A stretch of 62,988 nt of DNA, filler included, from Asterionella formosa (Eukaryota): assembly GCA_002256025.1 (NCBI GenBank). It is 12 parts of 12 records of this genome, joined end to end, with 100 filler letters (N's around TTAATTAATTAA, not from the genome) between each part and the next. Parts side by side here need not be neighbours in the genome. Positions count along the whole stretch, not along the records: positions 1 to 23,734 come from NKIB01002399.1; 11 more parts are not named here. One strand, written 5' to 3'. Shown here piece by piece: positions 1 through 12,777 of this stretch (positions within the stretch are counted from its first letter, which is position 1; each line of letters begins with the position of its first letter). A program made the translations under genes and the position numbers. The notes under the pieces are model-generated. The model did no database searches. It was not told where the DNA came from and was given only the letters and a program-made list of their open reading frames with translations.

Positions 1-102
1 CGTACCGGTATGTAATATACCGGTATTATAGTTCGTACGTATCATGCTGGTCTAGATATATTCTATTATGTACCTCTTCTCTCACTTCGATACCCTCCAT
101 GC

Positions 103-1455
103 TTGATGAATCAAATGAAGGCATTCCTTCCTAGCTATACTTCCTTCCTACTAGCATCGTCATCACCTTCCAATAGTTGGTTTCATGTTCATAATAATGT
201 TATGAATAATAGAAGAGGAGGAGACGAATTTGTATTCCATCGACAACAACAACAACAACAACTATTTGCAATGTCCAAAAACGATGCCACCACCAGCACC
301 GAAAGCAATAATAATGATCACACAACATCCAAAGAACCACCCTTCAAAATGTATATCACCGTTGGTCCACCATGTTGTGGAAAAACTACGTTTCTATCTC
401 AACAAATATCAACAACAGGGACAGCCATTCATGATGTGACATTGGACAATCAACTTGGTGTTTATGTACCAGTTGATACAGAGTTGTTTTTACCAATATC
501 ATCGAACGGCAAGAAAAAAATTAAAAAGAAAAGAATTCAAGGACGATTTCTTGAGGATCGAATCAAATATGACAATGAAGAATTGACATATTTGATAAAA
601 CTGTTTCATGGCGACATTTCTCTAAAAGAGTATACACATGCCATACAAGAGATATATTTAGATTGGGACGATGTTGGTGATACTAGTAAGAGTATCAATT
701 ACGGGTACACAGCTGTGGGTGATGAATTAATATCAGCTGTTCTTCAATATTATAACACGGGACCCTGTCAGTTACCAAACAAAACACAATTGTATGTTGT
801 GGAATCGATATTTCGACCAAATCCCAAAACCAATAAAACTGGAGTAGAATCAGCACAAGAAGAATTATTGCAATATGCGACTGCTGATACGTCTACCATT
901 GTATCATGGGGGAATACCAACACAATGCCAAGAGAATTTACAACTGCCTTGCATGCTGCACAACAAGGTGGCCGTGCTGTATATTTTATAGTCTATGGTG
1001 ATCCAAGTATCATGACGACGACGGCGGCAAAGAAGGCTGATGAAGAGCACCAAGTCCTACAACAGCCATTACCAAAAGTACCATTAGGAGTATTGCTTCA
1101 ACGGAATATTCAGCGATACTTGATGACTGGTAAATATATTCCTGCTAAGGTGATTTTTGATTTTTCAAATCGTGCCGATTCTATAATTTCCACGGCATGG
1201 CAGAAGGTGAAAAAGCACAACAACAATGATAGTAGTAGTAGTAGTCATGATGGTGATGATTTGAGTGACAACGACAATGAACCCAATCAAAAGTGGAAAT
1301 TTGATGCTACACTTGCCAAATTGGCAAATTTTGAAATGCATACCAATCGGACCGTGACATTTATTCAACCAACAGCACAAAAGAAGCAAGAGAAAAATCT
1401 TTCTCCCAAGAATATCGGTATTGGCCGTGGGAGGAAGGAAGAAGACACAAGCTAA
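103..1455 (+). CDS. P-loop NTPase/kinase-like protein (AAA_33 / polynucleotide-kinase-like), possible N-terminal targeting peptide
   Basis: 450-aa ORF with Walker A MYITVGPPCCGKTT, a WGNTNT motif (like DNTN of AAA_33/N4BP2-type kinases) and a lid-like LLQRN...IPAKVI; Ser-rich N-terminus and poly-Q. Start codon uncertain. Confidence 0.55.
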   Translation: MMNQMKAFLPSYTSFLLASSSPSNSWFHVHNNVMNNRRGGDEFVFHRQQQQQQLFAMSKNDATTSTESNNNDHTTSKEPPFKMYITVGPPCCGKTTFLSQQISTTGTAIHDVTLDNQLGVYVPVDTELFLPISSNGKKKIKKKRIQGRFLEDRIKYDNEELTYLIKLFHGDISLKEYTHAIQEIYLDWDDVGDTSKSINYGYTAVGDELISAVLQYYNTGPCQLPNKTQLYVVESIFRPNPKTNKTGVESAQEELLQYATADTSTIVSWGNTNTMPREFTTALHAAQQGGRAVYFIVYGDPSIMTTTAAKKADEEHQVLQQPLPKVPLGVLLQRNIQRYLMTGKYIPAKVIFDFSNRADSIISTAWQKVKKHNNNDSSSSSHDGDDLSDNDNEPNQKWKFDATLAKLANFEMHTNRTVTFIQPTAQKKQEKNLSPKNIGIGRGRKEEDTS

Positions 1456-3270
1456 TCATAAGATATGTGGAATGAAAGGGAAATTTGAGATTGTATCCTC
1501 ATATTGAAGAATGAATCGTTGTGGAATAGAGAACAACACACGCAGACAAGCCCAGGAAAACCAAACCACAAGCTGCCTCTCCCAGTTATATAGAATGGCA
1601 GTCAGTTTCAAAAGTAGGACGGGGAAGGTATTCATCTTGTTGCCCTTTTGTCCGATTCTCAATAATGGAAACTCGGGAAGATGTTGCAACTACTACAGCT
1701 GCTGCTGATTCTGTAGTATCTTCTCTAGTGATGAATGACGCTGTCCTCTTGGCAACAAATGCTTGTGTGGATAGAACCCAAATTTTTGCATTATCATCAT
1801 TGTGGTGGAATGAATCTTGTTCCTACTTTAGCAGCATCAGTAGAGCCAATGATTCAACAAAACCTCTGCCCTAGTCTACCTGTTCCTAGTTAAGGTCCAT
1901 GTGCAAACGACATAGAATGTATAGTTGGAATACTTGAATATTCCAAATGTAGTCCTGCATAAAGCATATGGTGAAAGTTAATTCCTGGTACTGTAGCCAG
2001 TTGTATTAACAGGAAGCCCAATATATTTACAGGCTGGCCTGGTGGGGAGTTTATGGTGAGGAATTTAAAATGAATTATGTAGTCCTCATCATTATCTCAT
2101 TTTTTTCAAGTTTTGTGAATATGTGTACAACGTACATGTGAATATGTGTTTAAAAATGTAACATACATTGTGTGTCACCGGTTGTGTTTAGCTCACTAAC
2201 AACATTATTTAGATGTGATTTGCTTCGATCTTTCTGTATCCCTTGCCCTGCCTGTTCTCGAAAGACTGATCAAGACGGGTACTTTGTTAGGATTATTACA
2301 TCGCATTTTGTGCACCAAGTCTATATATCCACAACAAATATTGATCACACAATGGAAATAAGCACAATTTGCACCATCGAATAAGGCTTGATGTAGGAAC
2401 TGGATATACCCATCACCATATAAATATAGATATGATGATTTGCAGTATATAAAGGACACATGTGTGAGTGAGTGTGACCACACAATGAAATCCCAACGAA
2501 AGGAAACCAATGTAAAATCGTTATATGAGTCAATGTCTGTGGATGTCTCGTCCTCCCGCAAACGAGCAGGAGAAAATGAAAAGGGGAAACGATTCTTTTC
2601 TGGCATATAGTCAGCGTTCCGTACACGCTGTCACAGAAGGAACCCTCCCCTTCCACAGGAGAAGAACCATATGATGTTCTCTTTCTCTTTCAAAAACATC
2701 AGATGAAACATATATTGTTGCCGCATGCATTTACGGGATGTCCTTTCGGATTTCACCTAGGTACACTTGTAGCGCCCCGGATATTAATACGGCGTAGAGG
2801 ACCCCGATCCAAAATAACGTACCTCTACGTGCTGTGTGTGTGATTTGTGTCGCGACAAAGAGGAAGCTATGAATTGACACTGTCCCTCATAGACTTCCGA
2901 TAACGCCTCAACGACGAGCAATGACCATGTCAATCACTTTTCTACATGAGCAATGAGACTTTAGTGATACGTAGATTGGCAGAAGTATGAGGTAAGTGAC
3001 CTATATATTGCTACTTAGAAGTCCTTTGAACAAGCCAGGAGTCATATAGCCTACCGGTACCGGTTTACCAGGTGCTCTGATGGTTGCAGGCAGGATTTAT
3101 GATTTTTTTAGAAGAATCGGCAAGCCAAGACCGAACCGGTTGCTTTCTATCGGTACTGGTACGCATTCTTCCATCGTGCTGTTCTTTTGCTTACCGGTAT
3201 GTCATGTTCTTGCGTACCAGTGGGGGGGGTGGGGTGCCATGTAAATAAGTTCTGTTCAGTACTGGTAGTT

Positions 3271-3362
3271 CCTGCAATTTGCGGTCATTTTGCTTAAATA
3301 AACAATTTAATCTGGGATTAATAAAGCTAAATCTTTAGTTCAGCAAAATTACGCAACCTGCT
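3271..3362. mobile_element. Short MITE, degenerate copy (CCWGCAAGTTGCGG TIR family)
   Basis: cctgcaatttgcggtcattttgct ... agcaaaattacgcaacctgct; the interior (taaagctaaatctttagtt) matches the copies at 19047 and 57535. Confidence 0.8.
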
Positions 3363-3692
3363 TTCGGGCTCCTGGTACCAGGTACCAGTTCTCAAAAAAC
3401 CTGGTACCCTGGTAACCACTATGTTCCGGGGTACCTGTAGTTTGTACGTTTGTACATGGTACATGGTATACTAAATTCGCAACATGAGGATAAATATTTA
3501 CCGTATAAGGAATATACGGATATGAATATGTGTATGAATGGAGTTTTAGAAAAGTGGATCGTAACCCCTAAATATGGACGAGAGGCATGCTTGCCCTTCG
3601 GCTGTTCCTGTTGCAAGCAATTTTGATTCTGCCTACCGGTAGTTCATTTCTATCTTTTCCATTCATTCATTTCCAGTCACAACCTCATCATC

Positions 3693-4471
3693 ATGCTGGC
3701 CTCACTTGCTGTTCGTGGAGTTGTTCTAAGATCATCGAGAACGTGAGTGCCTCCAGTTTAACGCGTCAAGACAGCAAGCCTTCTCAACAATGCAAATGGT
3801 ATGAAATTTTTTACCAACTCAACTTTACACAATCACTCCACCATTACAGTATCCTTGCGTCTCGCTATATGTCGGGTCTTCCCTACCATATTGTCATGGG
3901 TATGCCAGCATTGTCTCCCACAATGGAGGCTGGTACGTTGGCGTCTTGGAACGTCAAGGAGGGCGATTCCTTCATTGCAGGTGATTCCTTGGCCAAAATT
4001 GATACCGACAAGGCTAGTATGGATTTCGAAGCCCAAGACGATGGTGTTGTGGCCAGGCTTTTGATTCCTGACGGATCTGAAGATGTGTCCGTCAATGCTC
4101 CAATTATGGTGGTGGTGGAAAGTGTCGATGATGTTGCAGCCTTTGCCAATTGGGTCCCTCCAGCGGTAGAAAGAGTTGCAACACCGCTTGAGACTGCATC
4201 ACCGCCAACTCCTCCTGTTGTTGTGGCTCCTCCTCCTCCTGTTGCTCCTCCTGTTGTTGCTGCTGCTCCAGTTGTAACTGCTCCGATTGCTGCTGCTCCT
4301 GTTGTCGTTGCTGCACCACCCATGGCTACTCCAATTTTGACAGCTGCTCCAACTATGGGACCAGCTTGGGGTGCCACTGCCAAGGTCACATCTCCTATTG
4401 CCAAGACATTAGCTGCCAATCAAAAAGCCTATATTGAAATGTATGGTACCACTGGACAGAGACCTTTGTAA
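3693..4471 (+). CDS. Mitochondria-targeted single lipoyl-domain protein (PDH E2/E3BP-like N-terminus, no catalytic domain); intron 3743-3849
   Basis: Exon 1 MLASLAVRGVVLRSSR(T) is presequence-like; a GTGAGT...TACAG intron joins in frame to ILASRYMSG-LPYHIVMGMPALSPTMEAG; lipoyl-Lys motif IDTDKASMD; Pro/Ala/Val linker; stop at 4471. Confidence 0.85.
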
Positions 4472-6343
4472 ACCGCTCTCTCAAGTTTGAATGACGCAAG
4501 GCAATGACATGATGCATGTTTATCATTCATACCCAGACTTTCCCTTCACACTGTCTGCAAAAGGAGCAGGCCTTTAACATTTAGGAAATTTTGTTGTCTA
4601 AAATTATTGTAATTATGGAAACATTGCGAATCAAATGATTTTTCATGGAATTATTTTCGTCGTTTTGTCATATCGAGTATTCATCTTGAAAGTGCCTGCT
4701 ACAATTGGGAATTACAATCATTTCGGTTATCTATTAAATTGAGAGTTTTCCAGGTCAAGTATGCCGCATTGGATCGAACCTCCTTGAAGTCCTTCCTCTG
4801 GTTGAATGATAGCATCCCATTATCCTCTTTTCAGGGGAATTCAAATTCTCCGTTGATACCTCCAGATACGGGGCAAAATGTTGGTGACCATTTTCAAAGT
4901 ATATTACATGAAACTTTTTCGTCAATTTATAGAACATGTATTTGATCCTTTCAAATATCGAATAAAAACGGGTTCTCTATGAAGGGCAGGGATCGCGTCC
5001 ATTGCCATTGTTTCATTTGGGGTTGGTTGCAATCACACTGTGCTTTTTCTGGTGACAATGATAGAGAAAGGACCATCTACATACGGTTCGGATCTGAAAA
5101 ATCAACAATATCCCAATATCATTCTGTAGTACTACTGCTGGAACTGCAAACGAAAACCCGTCGGAATATGCAAAAAGAAAATGTGCAAGGAAATCGTACT
5201 GAATCATTCCTGATGGCCATCTTTTCACTCCAAATTTCATGATTTTCTGCCCTCCATGAGCTCTTGCTGACATCATATATGTCTATTGTATTGAGAGGGG
5301 AGGTGACTTTCAAGCAACCAATGACATGATGTCGCTGCATTATACCTGGTAAATATAATAAGCATGTACGCCTCAAGAGAATTATGCAACAACCCTCAAT
5401 CCCTTGATACATTGGAAAAACATGTTTCGCCAGCAGTTTTGCGATACACTATTATAGCGATTTTTCATCGATTTTCAAAATAACAGTTGAACATCACAAT
5501 GATTAAAGTATAGTGATTCAAGAGAGTGTTGTAAGGTGATGATATCAACTCATCTTGTCAAATGTATTCAGGACTTCTCTACGGTTACATGTTGCGAACG
5601 GATGTAACGTCCAAATTTCGAAATGCCCTACTTTACTTTTTTGGAATATTCGTAAGCTTCGAATGTTCCAATGTACCAGGTACTTGATCAAAAGAGGTAA
5701 TCACTTGTTGGCATATTTAAGACCTTGGTACAAATTTCAAATGACGTTGTGGAATCGAGTGCTTTGGTCAAATGTATACAAACATTCACGCAACAAGGCC
5801 AAGATTCGACGCAGTTCGATCACACCGATTCATCGCTTGGTACCACCATCTTCTCTCGAGCTCCTGAGTCAGATTATTGTTAATATGTCCTTCCTCATTA
5901 TTATTTACCGGGTACATCAAAATGGAGGAGCAGCTGCATTTTTCTCTGCGAACTGTGTATCTTCGTTGGCTTTGTCATAATGCACTGCGTCAGAATTTCC
6001 CTCCGACAAGGAATGATGGGAGGAAAGATCGCCAACTTGAACTCCACACCACGTGGAAGCAAATGCTACGACAAAATACGTAACAGACATACCAGGACTT
6101 GAAGTACTATTTTTGGACTACTTCGATCTACCTATAGCCGGGTCTCCCTATTCTTCCTTTACTAACCACCTCCACCCTGTGTGATGAGCCACACCGACAT
6201 TTGTGCATCAGATAACACAACCCCTCCTACATAGCTACCGGTATGCGAGGTGCCTTCACTCGGATTCTCACATTTCGCTTACCAAAGGATCGGGCCTGAA
6301 CTGAATTGATTTGTCGCCCTTCGATCCGTCACATTTTATTGCC

Positions 6344-9300
6344 ATGGTTTCTTTTAGAGCGGCTGCTGCCGCCTTCCTTCTTGCTGGAGCTGCCACTGCG
6401 TAAGTTGCTTCTGGTCAGCCCACGAATCGCCTCCGCTGTTGCTTGCCGTTTCCCATTCCTCAAAGCAAATCGAAGCGGCTTTCAGGACCCGGAACTTGAA
6501 CTCCCGTCGAGTACGATCCAGTATGTTTCTTACGGTGGTGAAAAACAAAAGGAAACCACCTTTCTCGATTCGATTTTAATTCAACACGTCACCTATCTGA
6601 TTTGACGACAATCTCACGGCGGCACCGTTTTGAACCATTGTCTGCTCACCTCATTGTGTCTCTCGGCTTTAATGACATTACAGTTGGCAAACAAATGTTC
6701 CTTCTTTCGTTGCAACCAAGAAGAACGCTATTTCCACTAATGCTTTGTACAACAAGAATGGTATCCAATCTCGATCCACGCTAAACATGGTTGTTGCCAA
6801 CCCAGTCGGTGGAGGGATGGGAGGAGGAATGTTTACTGCCTCCAACTCGGAATCTCGTCGTGTCGTCCCGGAGGATGTCCGAGGACGTCCCACCATGAAG
6901 GTCGTTTACGTTGTTTTGGAGAGTCAATATCAATCCTCCATGACAGCAGCAGTCAAGCGCATCAACGCTGGATCCGACAATATGGCTGTCGAATGTGTCG
7001 GTTACCTTCTGGAAGAACTTCGTAACGAAGATGCGTTCAACCAGTTCAAGGCTGACGTTGCTGATGCCAACATTTTCATTGGATCTCTTATTTTCGTGCA
7101 AGAGCTGGCAGAGAAAGTCGTGGAGGTGGTTGAACCTCTTCGTGACAAGCTCGATGCTGTCCTTGTTTTCCCATCCATGCCCGAAGTGATGAGAATGAAC
7201 AAGGTTGGGTCATTCACAATGAAGAACTTGGGACAGTCCAAGAGTGTTGTTGCCGATTTCATGAAAAAGAAGAAGCAGGAAGATGGTTCCTCCTTCGAGG
7301 AGGGTATGCTGAAGCTTTTGCGAACTCTTCCCAAGGTTCTTAAGTTTCTTCCAAGTGACAAGGCTGCTGACGCTCGAACTTTCATGATGTCATTTCAATA
7401 CTGGCTCGGAGGTAAGATAATTCGATTCAAATATAGTTATTCTTTGACTTTTGTTCGCAATCTAACAGGGTCACTCTCTTAACTCCATAGGATCTCCCGA
7501 GAACCTTGAGGCACTCCTCCTAACTGTTGGACAAGACTATGTTGCTGATATCAAGGAATCCATGAAAGGCAAGGCAAAAATCGTTGCCGAAGAGCCTGTT
7601 CTTCTTCCTGACAAGGCCATTTGGCACCCTGTTGCCCCATCTATTGTCTTCGAGACCAATGAAAAATATTTTGATTGGTACAACAATGAGTTTTGCCCTG
7701 ATGCTGGTATCAACCCCAAAACGGCACCAACGATCGGTCTCATCTTGCAAAAGTCTCATATCAATACAAAGGATGACACACACTATGTCTCCTTGATCTC
7801 CGAGCTTGAGAGCCGTGGAGCTCGTGTTGTTTCCATCTACTCTGGTGGACTTGACTTTTCCGGTCCTGTAGAGGAATACTTTTATGACGCTGCCGGAAAG
7901 CCAATTGTTGATACCGTCATCAACCTAACTGGATTCGCCCTTGTTGGTGGACCCGCATCGCAGGATCATAAGAAGGCTGCAAATGTTCTCAAGAAGCTCA
8001 ACCGCCCATATATGTGTGCCGTTCCCCTTGTTTTCCAATCGTTTGAGGAATGGCAGTCGTCCGAGCTTGGTCTGCATCCAATTCAGGTTGCTCTCCAAGT
8101 TTCGCTTCCTGAGATTGATGGAGCTATTGAGCCAATCATCTTTGCTGGACGTGAGGGTGCCACCGGACGAAGTGTCCCACTTGCCGATCGTGTCAACCTA
8201 CTTGCCGATCGTTCTTTGAAATGGGCCAACCTTCGTCAGAAGCCCGTCGCCGAAAAGAAGATTGCCATTACAATCTTCTCTTTCCCTCCTGACAAGGGCA
8301 ATGTTGGAACTGCCGCCTATCTTGATGTCTTTGCATCCATCCAGGCTGTGTTGGGACAATTGAAGAAAGAGGGATACAACATTGGTGATGCGCCATCGAC
8401 GAAGGAAGCCATCATGGAGTCAATCTTGAACGATCCTGAAGCAAAGATTGCTTCCCCTGAGCTCAATGTTGCCTACCGCATGAGCACTGAGGAGTATTAT
8501 GATTTGACCCCTTATGCCACAGACCTGGAGGCAAACTGGGGACCTGCTCCTGGAAACCTCAATTCCGACGGGCAGAACCTGGTCGTCTATGGAAAGCAAT
8601 TTGGAAATATCTTCATTGGAGTCCAACCTTCGTTTGGATACGAAGGAGATCCCATGCGCCTTTTGTTTGCCAAGTCTGCTAGTCCACATCACGGCTTCGC
8701 TGCCTATTACACTTACCTCGAGAAAATCTTTGGGGCCGATGCCGTTCTTCATTTCGGCACCCATGGCTCCCTTGAGTTCATGCCAGGAAAGCAGGTCGGT
8801 ATGTCTGGACAATGTTACCCAGACCGTTTGATCAATTCATTGCCTTCGGCCTATCTTTACGCCGCCAACAACCCTTCTGAGGCCACGATTGCCAAGCGCA
8901 GATCATACTCTGCCACTGTTTCCTACCTCACTCCACCTGCGGAGAACGCTGGTTTGTACAAGGGACTTAAGGAATTGAAGGAGCTGATTTCCTCCTTCCA
9001 GGGATTGCGTGGAAACGAATCACGAGGAGCTGCTATTGTCAACTCAATTGTCTCCACGGCCTGGACTTGCAACCTTGATAAAGACATTAAGGATCTCCCA
9101 TCTCTTGATGGTTACGATGCCAAGAATGACTCTGAAGAACGTCGTGATGACATTGTCGGAAAAGTCTACTCCCAGATTATGCAAATTGAGAGTCGCCTGC
9201 TCCCTTGCGGTTTACACACTGTAGGTATCCCACCTAGTGCGGACGAGGCCGTTGCCACATTGGTCAATATCGCACAGCTTGACCGCCCCGAAGACAAGAT

Positions 9301-10636
9301 TGAGAGTCTCCCTCGTGTCATTGCTGCTTCTGTTGGCCGCGAGATCAATGAGATCTACCGTGGAAACAACCAGGGTATCCTTGCTGATGTTGATCTCAAT
9401 TCCAGAATCACAGAGGCTTCCCGCGCGGCAGTTCGAGCCCTAGTTATGCAGTCGACTGACAGTGATGGTCGTGTTAAGGAAGTTAAGTCTGTCTTCGACG
9501 AGATGGGATCCTTCTTTGGAAGCATGATGGGACAGAAGAAGCCATACATTCAGGCCATTATTGACGCCGGATTCCCAAATGTCCAAGGTGAGCGTCTCGA
9601 AAACCTCATTACATACCTTGAGTTCTGCTTGAAGCAAATCGTCGCCAACAACGAACTCGGAGGAATCATGGAGCTTCTCAATGGGCAGTTCTTGAAACCT
9701 GCCCCAGGTGGAGACCCCATCCGAAACCCTGATGTTCTTCCTACCGGACGTAACATGCACGCCCTTGATCCATCGTCCATCCCTACAGCAGCAGCTGTGG
9801 AGGTCAGTGAGCAGGTCGTTCGCAAACTTCTTGAAAAGCTTGCCGATGACAATGATGGTAAATTTCCAGAAAGTATTGCCTTCACTTTGTGGGGAACTGA
9901 CAACATCAAGACATACGGAGAGTCCCTCGCGCAGGTGCTTGCGCTTGCTGGTGTCCGACCGGTTGCCGACTCCCTTGGACGTGTTAACAAGGTTGAACTC
10001 ATTCCTCTTGAAGAACTCGGTCGCCCCCGTATCGATGTTGTTGTCTCCTGCTCTGGTGTCTTCCGTGATCTTTTCATTAACCAAATGAATTTGATGGATC
10101 GTGGTATTAAGATGGCCGCAGAAGCTGACGAACCTCTCGAGATGAACTTCATCCGTAAGCACGCTTTGGAACAGGCCAAGGAAATGAACATTTCCCTCCG
10201 TGAAGCCTCGGCTCGCGTCTTCTCCAATGCTGCTGGTTCTTACAGTGCCAATGTTGGTCTTGCCATTGAGAACGGAGGATGGGAGGACGAAGGTCAGCTC
10301 CAGGAGCAGTTTTTGACCCGCAAGGGATTTGCTTTCAATGCTGATAAGCCTGGAATGATGGAACAACAAGCAGATCTGTTCAAGGCTGCGTTGAAGAATG
10401 TTGATGTCACTTTCCAAAACCTGGACTCCAGTGAAATTTCAATCACCGACGTCAGCCACTACTATGACTCCGACCCTACCAAGGTCGTCCAGGGTCTTCG
10501 TGATGACAAGAAGAAACCCATGTCGTTCATGGCTGATACCACCACGGCAAATGCCCAAGTTCGTTCCTTGTCTGAAACCGTTCGTCTTGATGCCAGAACG
10601 AAATTGTTGAACCCCAAGTTCTACGAAGGTATGCTT

Positions 10637-10668
<32 letters not shown>

Positions 10669-10930
10669 AAAGCGTCTGCGGAATACCATGGGATGGTCCG
10701 CCACTGCTGGAGAAGTTGACAACTTTGTCTTTGAAGACGCAAATGCCGTTTTCATTGAAGATGCAGAAATGCAAAAACGTCTCCTTGACACTAATCCAAA
10801 TGCTTTCCGTGATATGGTAACTACCTTCCTTGAGGCTAATGGACGAGGATACTGGGATACATCTGACGAAAACATTGAGCGTCTGCAGGAGCTGTATGCC
10901 GAGGTGGAAGACCGCATTGAGGGTGTATAA
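6344..10930 (+). CDS. chlH: Magnesium chelatase subunit H, plastid-targeted; introns 6400-6683 and 7412-7490
   Basis: Signal exon [19 protein letters not shown] splices (GTAAGT...TACAG) to WQTNVPSF; the second intron (GTAAG...CATAG) restores YWLGGSPENL. Conserved [50 protein letters not shown] and C-terminal EDRIEGV. Confidence 0.97.
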
Positions 10931-11139
10931 ACATTTTGGAAACTAGACATAGTTTACCCGCAGTATTAGACTAAAAGCCACCACATAAGCAAACCTACCT
11001 ATTGATTATCGTTTGGTGGTCTAACTATTCAGTAGGTGAATTCAGCCATGTTTATATGAAACTTAATTTAAATGAACTAAAAGGTCATCGGCTTATGTCA
11101 AGCTGTGCGCACGGACGAACTGTCAAATACACCTCCCAC

Positions 11140-12777
11140 CTATTTGGATGCAAACAAGGCCGTAAGCTTGGAAAAGAATCCTTCACCTTCTCTCAATTGG
11201 TCCACACTTGGAACAAGTAAATCAGCAGGCTTCGAGACTGGTTTGAATCCCTCTGGGAAGACATCTGATTGAGCCAACAGCTCACAATGAGTTGGGTCCA
11301 CACAGTAAATTCCTTCCACAACTTCACGGAAGGTTACCCATCTATTTTCTGCGGCCGATTTGTCGGCAGCCATGGCCATAATGAGAGCCACCAAGCCATC
11401 TTCGCCAGTGCAAGGAACGGGAGTATCGTTGACCAAGGATTCGCAAAATGCAATTGTCTCAGTGACGTACGCCTCGTTATAACGGGAAAGGAAGAAATCA
11501 TAAGGCATATCAGCGTTTCCGGTAAAATCTAGAAAGAAAAAATAGTGAGAAGTAAATCGACGACAATAATAGGGAAAATAGATTTTCTTTCACAGTAATA
11601 AAAACTCACCATTCTTGTAAATCTTAGCTGTGTTGGGGTACACATTGTCTGTTTGGATCATTCCTTTGGTTCCAAGTACTTCAGCACGTTGATCGTACCC
11701 ATAGGACGATTGGCGGCAGACATCGACCATGGCTTGGACGCCGTTGGGATATCGTACTAGACAACTGGCAGTATCGTACCTTTCCGAGCCAGTCAAAATT
11801 TCAATGCTTTTATCAATGTGGCACGATCCAATTGCCAGGATATCGATCGGATCAGATCCCGCCAAAAAACGGCTCATGTCCAGATCGTGAACTGCCATGT
11901 CAGCGAAAATTCCTCCTCCACCTTGCACATACTCGAAGGGAGGTGGGGAGGGATCACGAGAGCACAATTTGATCTACAAATGGAATGGTTGGGTTCAAGA
12001 AAAGGGGACATTTGTATTATTATGAATTTTGCATGGGAGGCGCGCACACACACACACAAAATTGGAATTCTGTCTTACCATGATAGATTCACCAACCTCC
12101 TTATTGGTAATGGCATTCTTGACACGCAAGAAGTTTTGATCAAAACGACGTTGAAGACCAATCATTAATTTGACCCCAGCTTCATTGCAAGCATTGATTG
12201 CCTCCACAGTTTCTGGCAAGTCGGTAGCAATGGGCTTTTCACAAAACACATGCTTCCCGTTGGCAGCACATGCCTTGATTTGTTCCGCATGATATTGAGA
12301 TGGAGAGCAAATCCAGACGGCATCGACATTTGGATCAGTAATGACTTCCATGGCGTCACTAGTGAAACGAGCCACATTGAACTGTTCCGCAGCTGCGTTT
12401 GTGTGTGTGTGTGTTTGTTCAAAGCAGAAAAGGACGAGAGAGGATTGAGATAATGAACACATAGGCTCGTTCCTATAGAACTTATGAACAAACTGTCCAA
12501 ACGTACCTTTCTCCGCCTTGGAAATGGTAGGATTGGAAACAATCACAGGCGTGCAACCAGGAGCCTTGGTAATGGCTTCCAAATGGACAAGACCAATTCG
12601 ACCACATCCAATCACACCAACTCTAATTTCCTTGTTATGTTTGTTTTCCTCAATCGTCATTCGGAGGGACGAAGAACTACGGATACCTGCGGCAGTGCGG
12701 GTAAAGGCAAAGCCCTCGACGACAGAGGACGAGACTGCCACCAAGGCAACACTCCATGCAACGCAATTGAACTTCAT
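11140..12777 (-). CDS. myo-inositol 2-dehydrogenase (Gfo/Idh/MocA family), plastid-targeted; introns 12393-12506, 11974-12078, 11529-11609
   Basis: Signal peptide MKFNCVAWSVALVAVSSSVVEG|FAF; Rossmann VGVIGCGRIG; HVFCEKP, GLQRRFD, SRDP, DMAVHDLDM, YGYDQRAEV; three GT-AG introns join the ORF pieces in frame. Confidence 0.92.

Noticed and set aside
9440..10417. 325-aa antisense ORF and other shadow ORFs inside chlH, MOCOS, SOS1 and MPP
   Set aside because: They overlap well-conserved genes on the opposite strand or another frame, have no recognisable motifs, and are expected from codon bias.
12393..12506. 38-aa insertion in inositol dehydrogenase as shown in the ORF track
   Set aside because: It is a stop-free 114-nt GT-AG intron containing a (CA)n tract; removing it restores a normal-looking family sequence.
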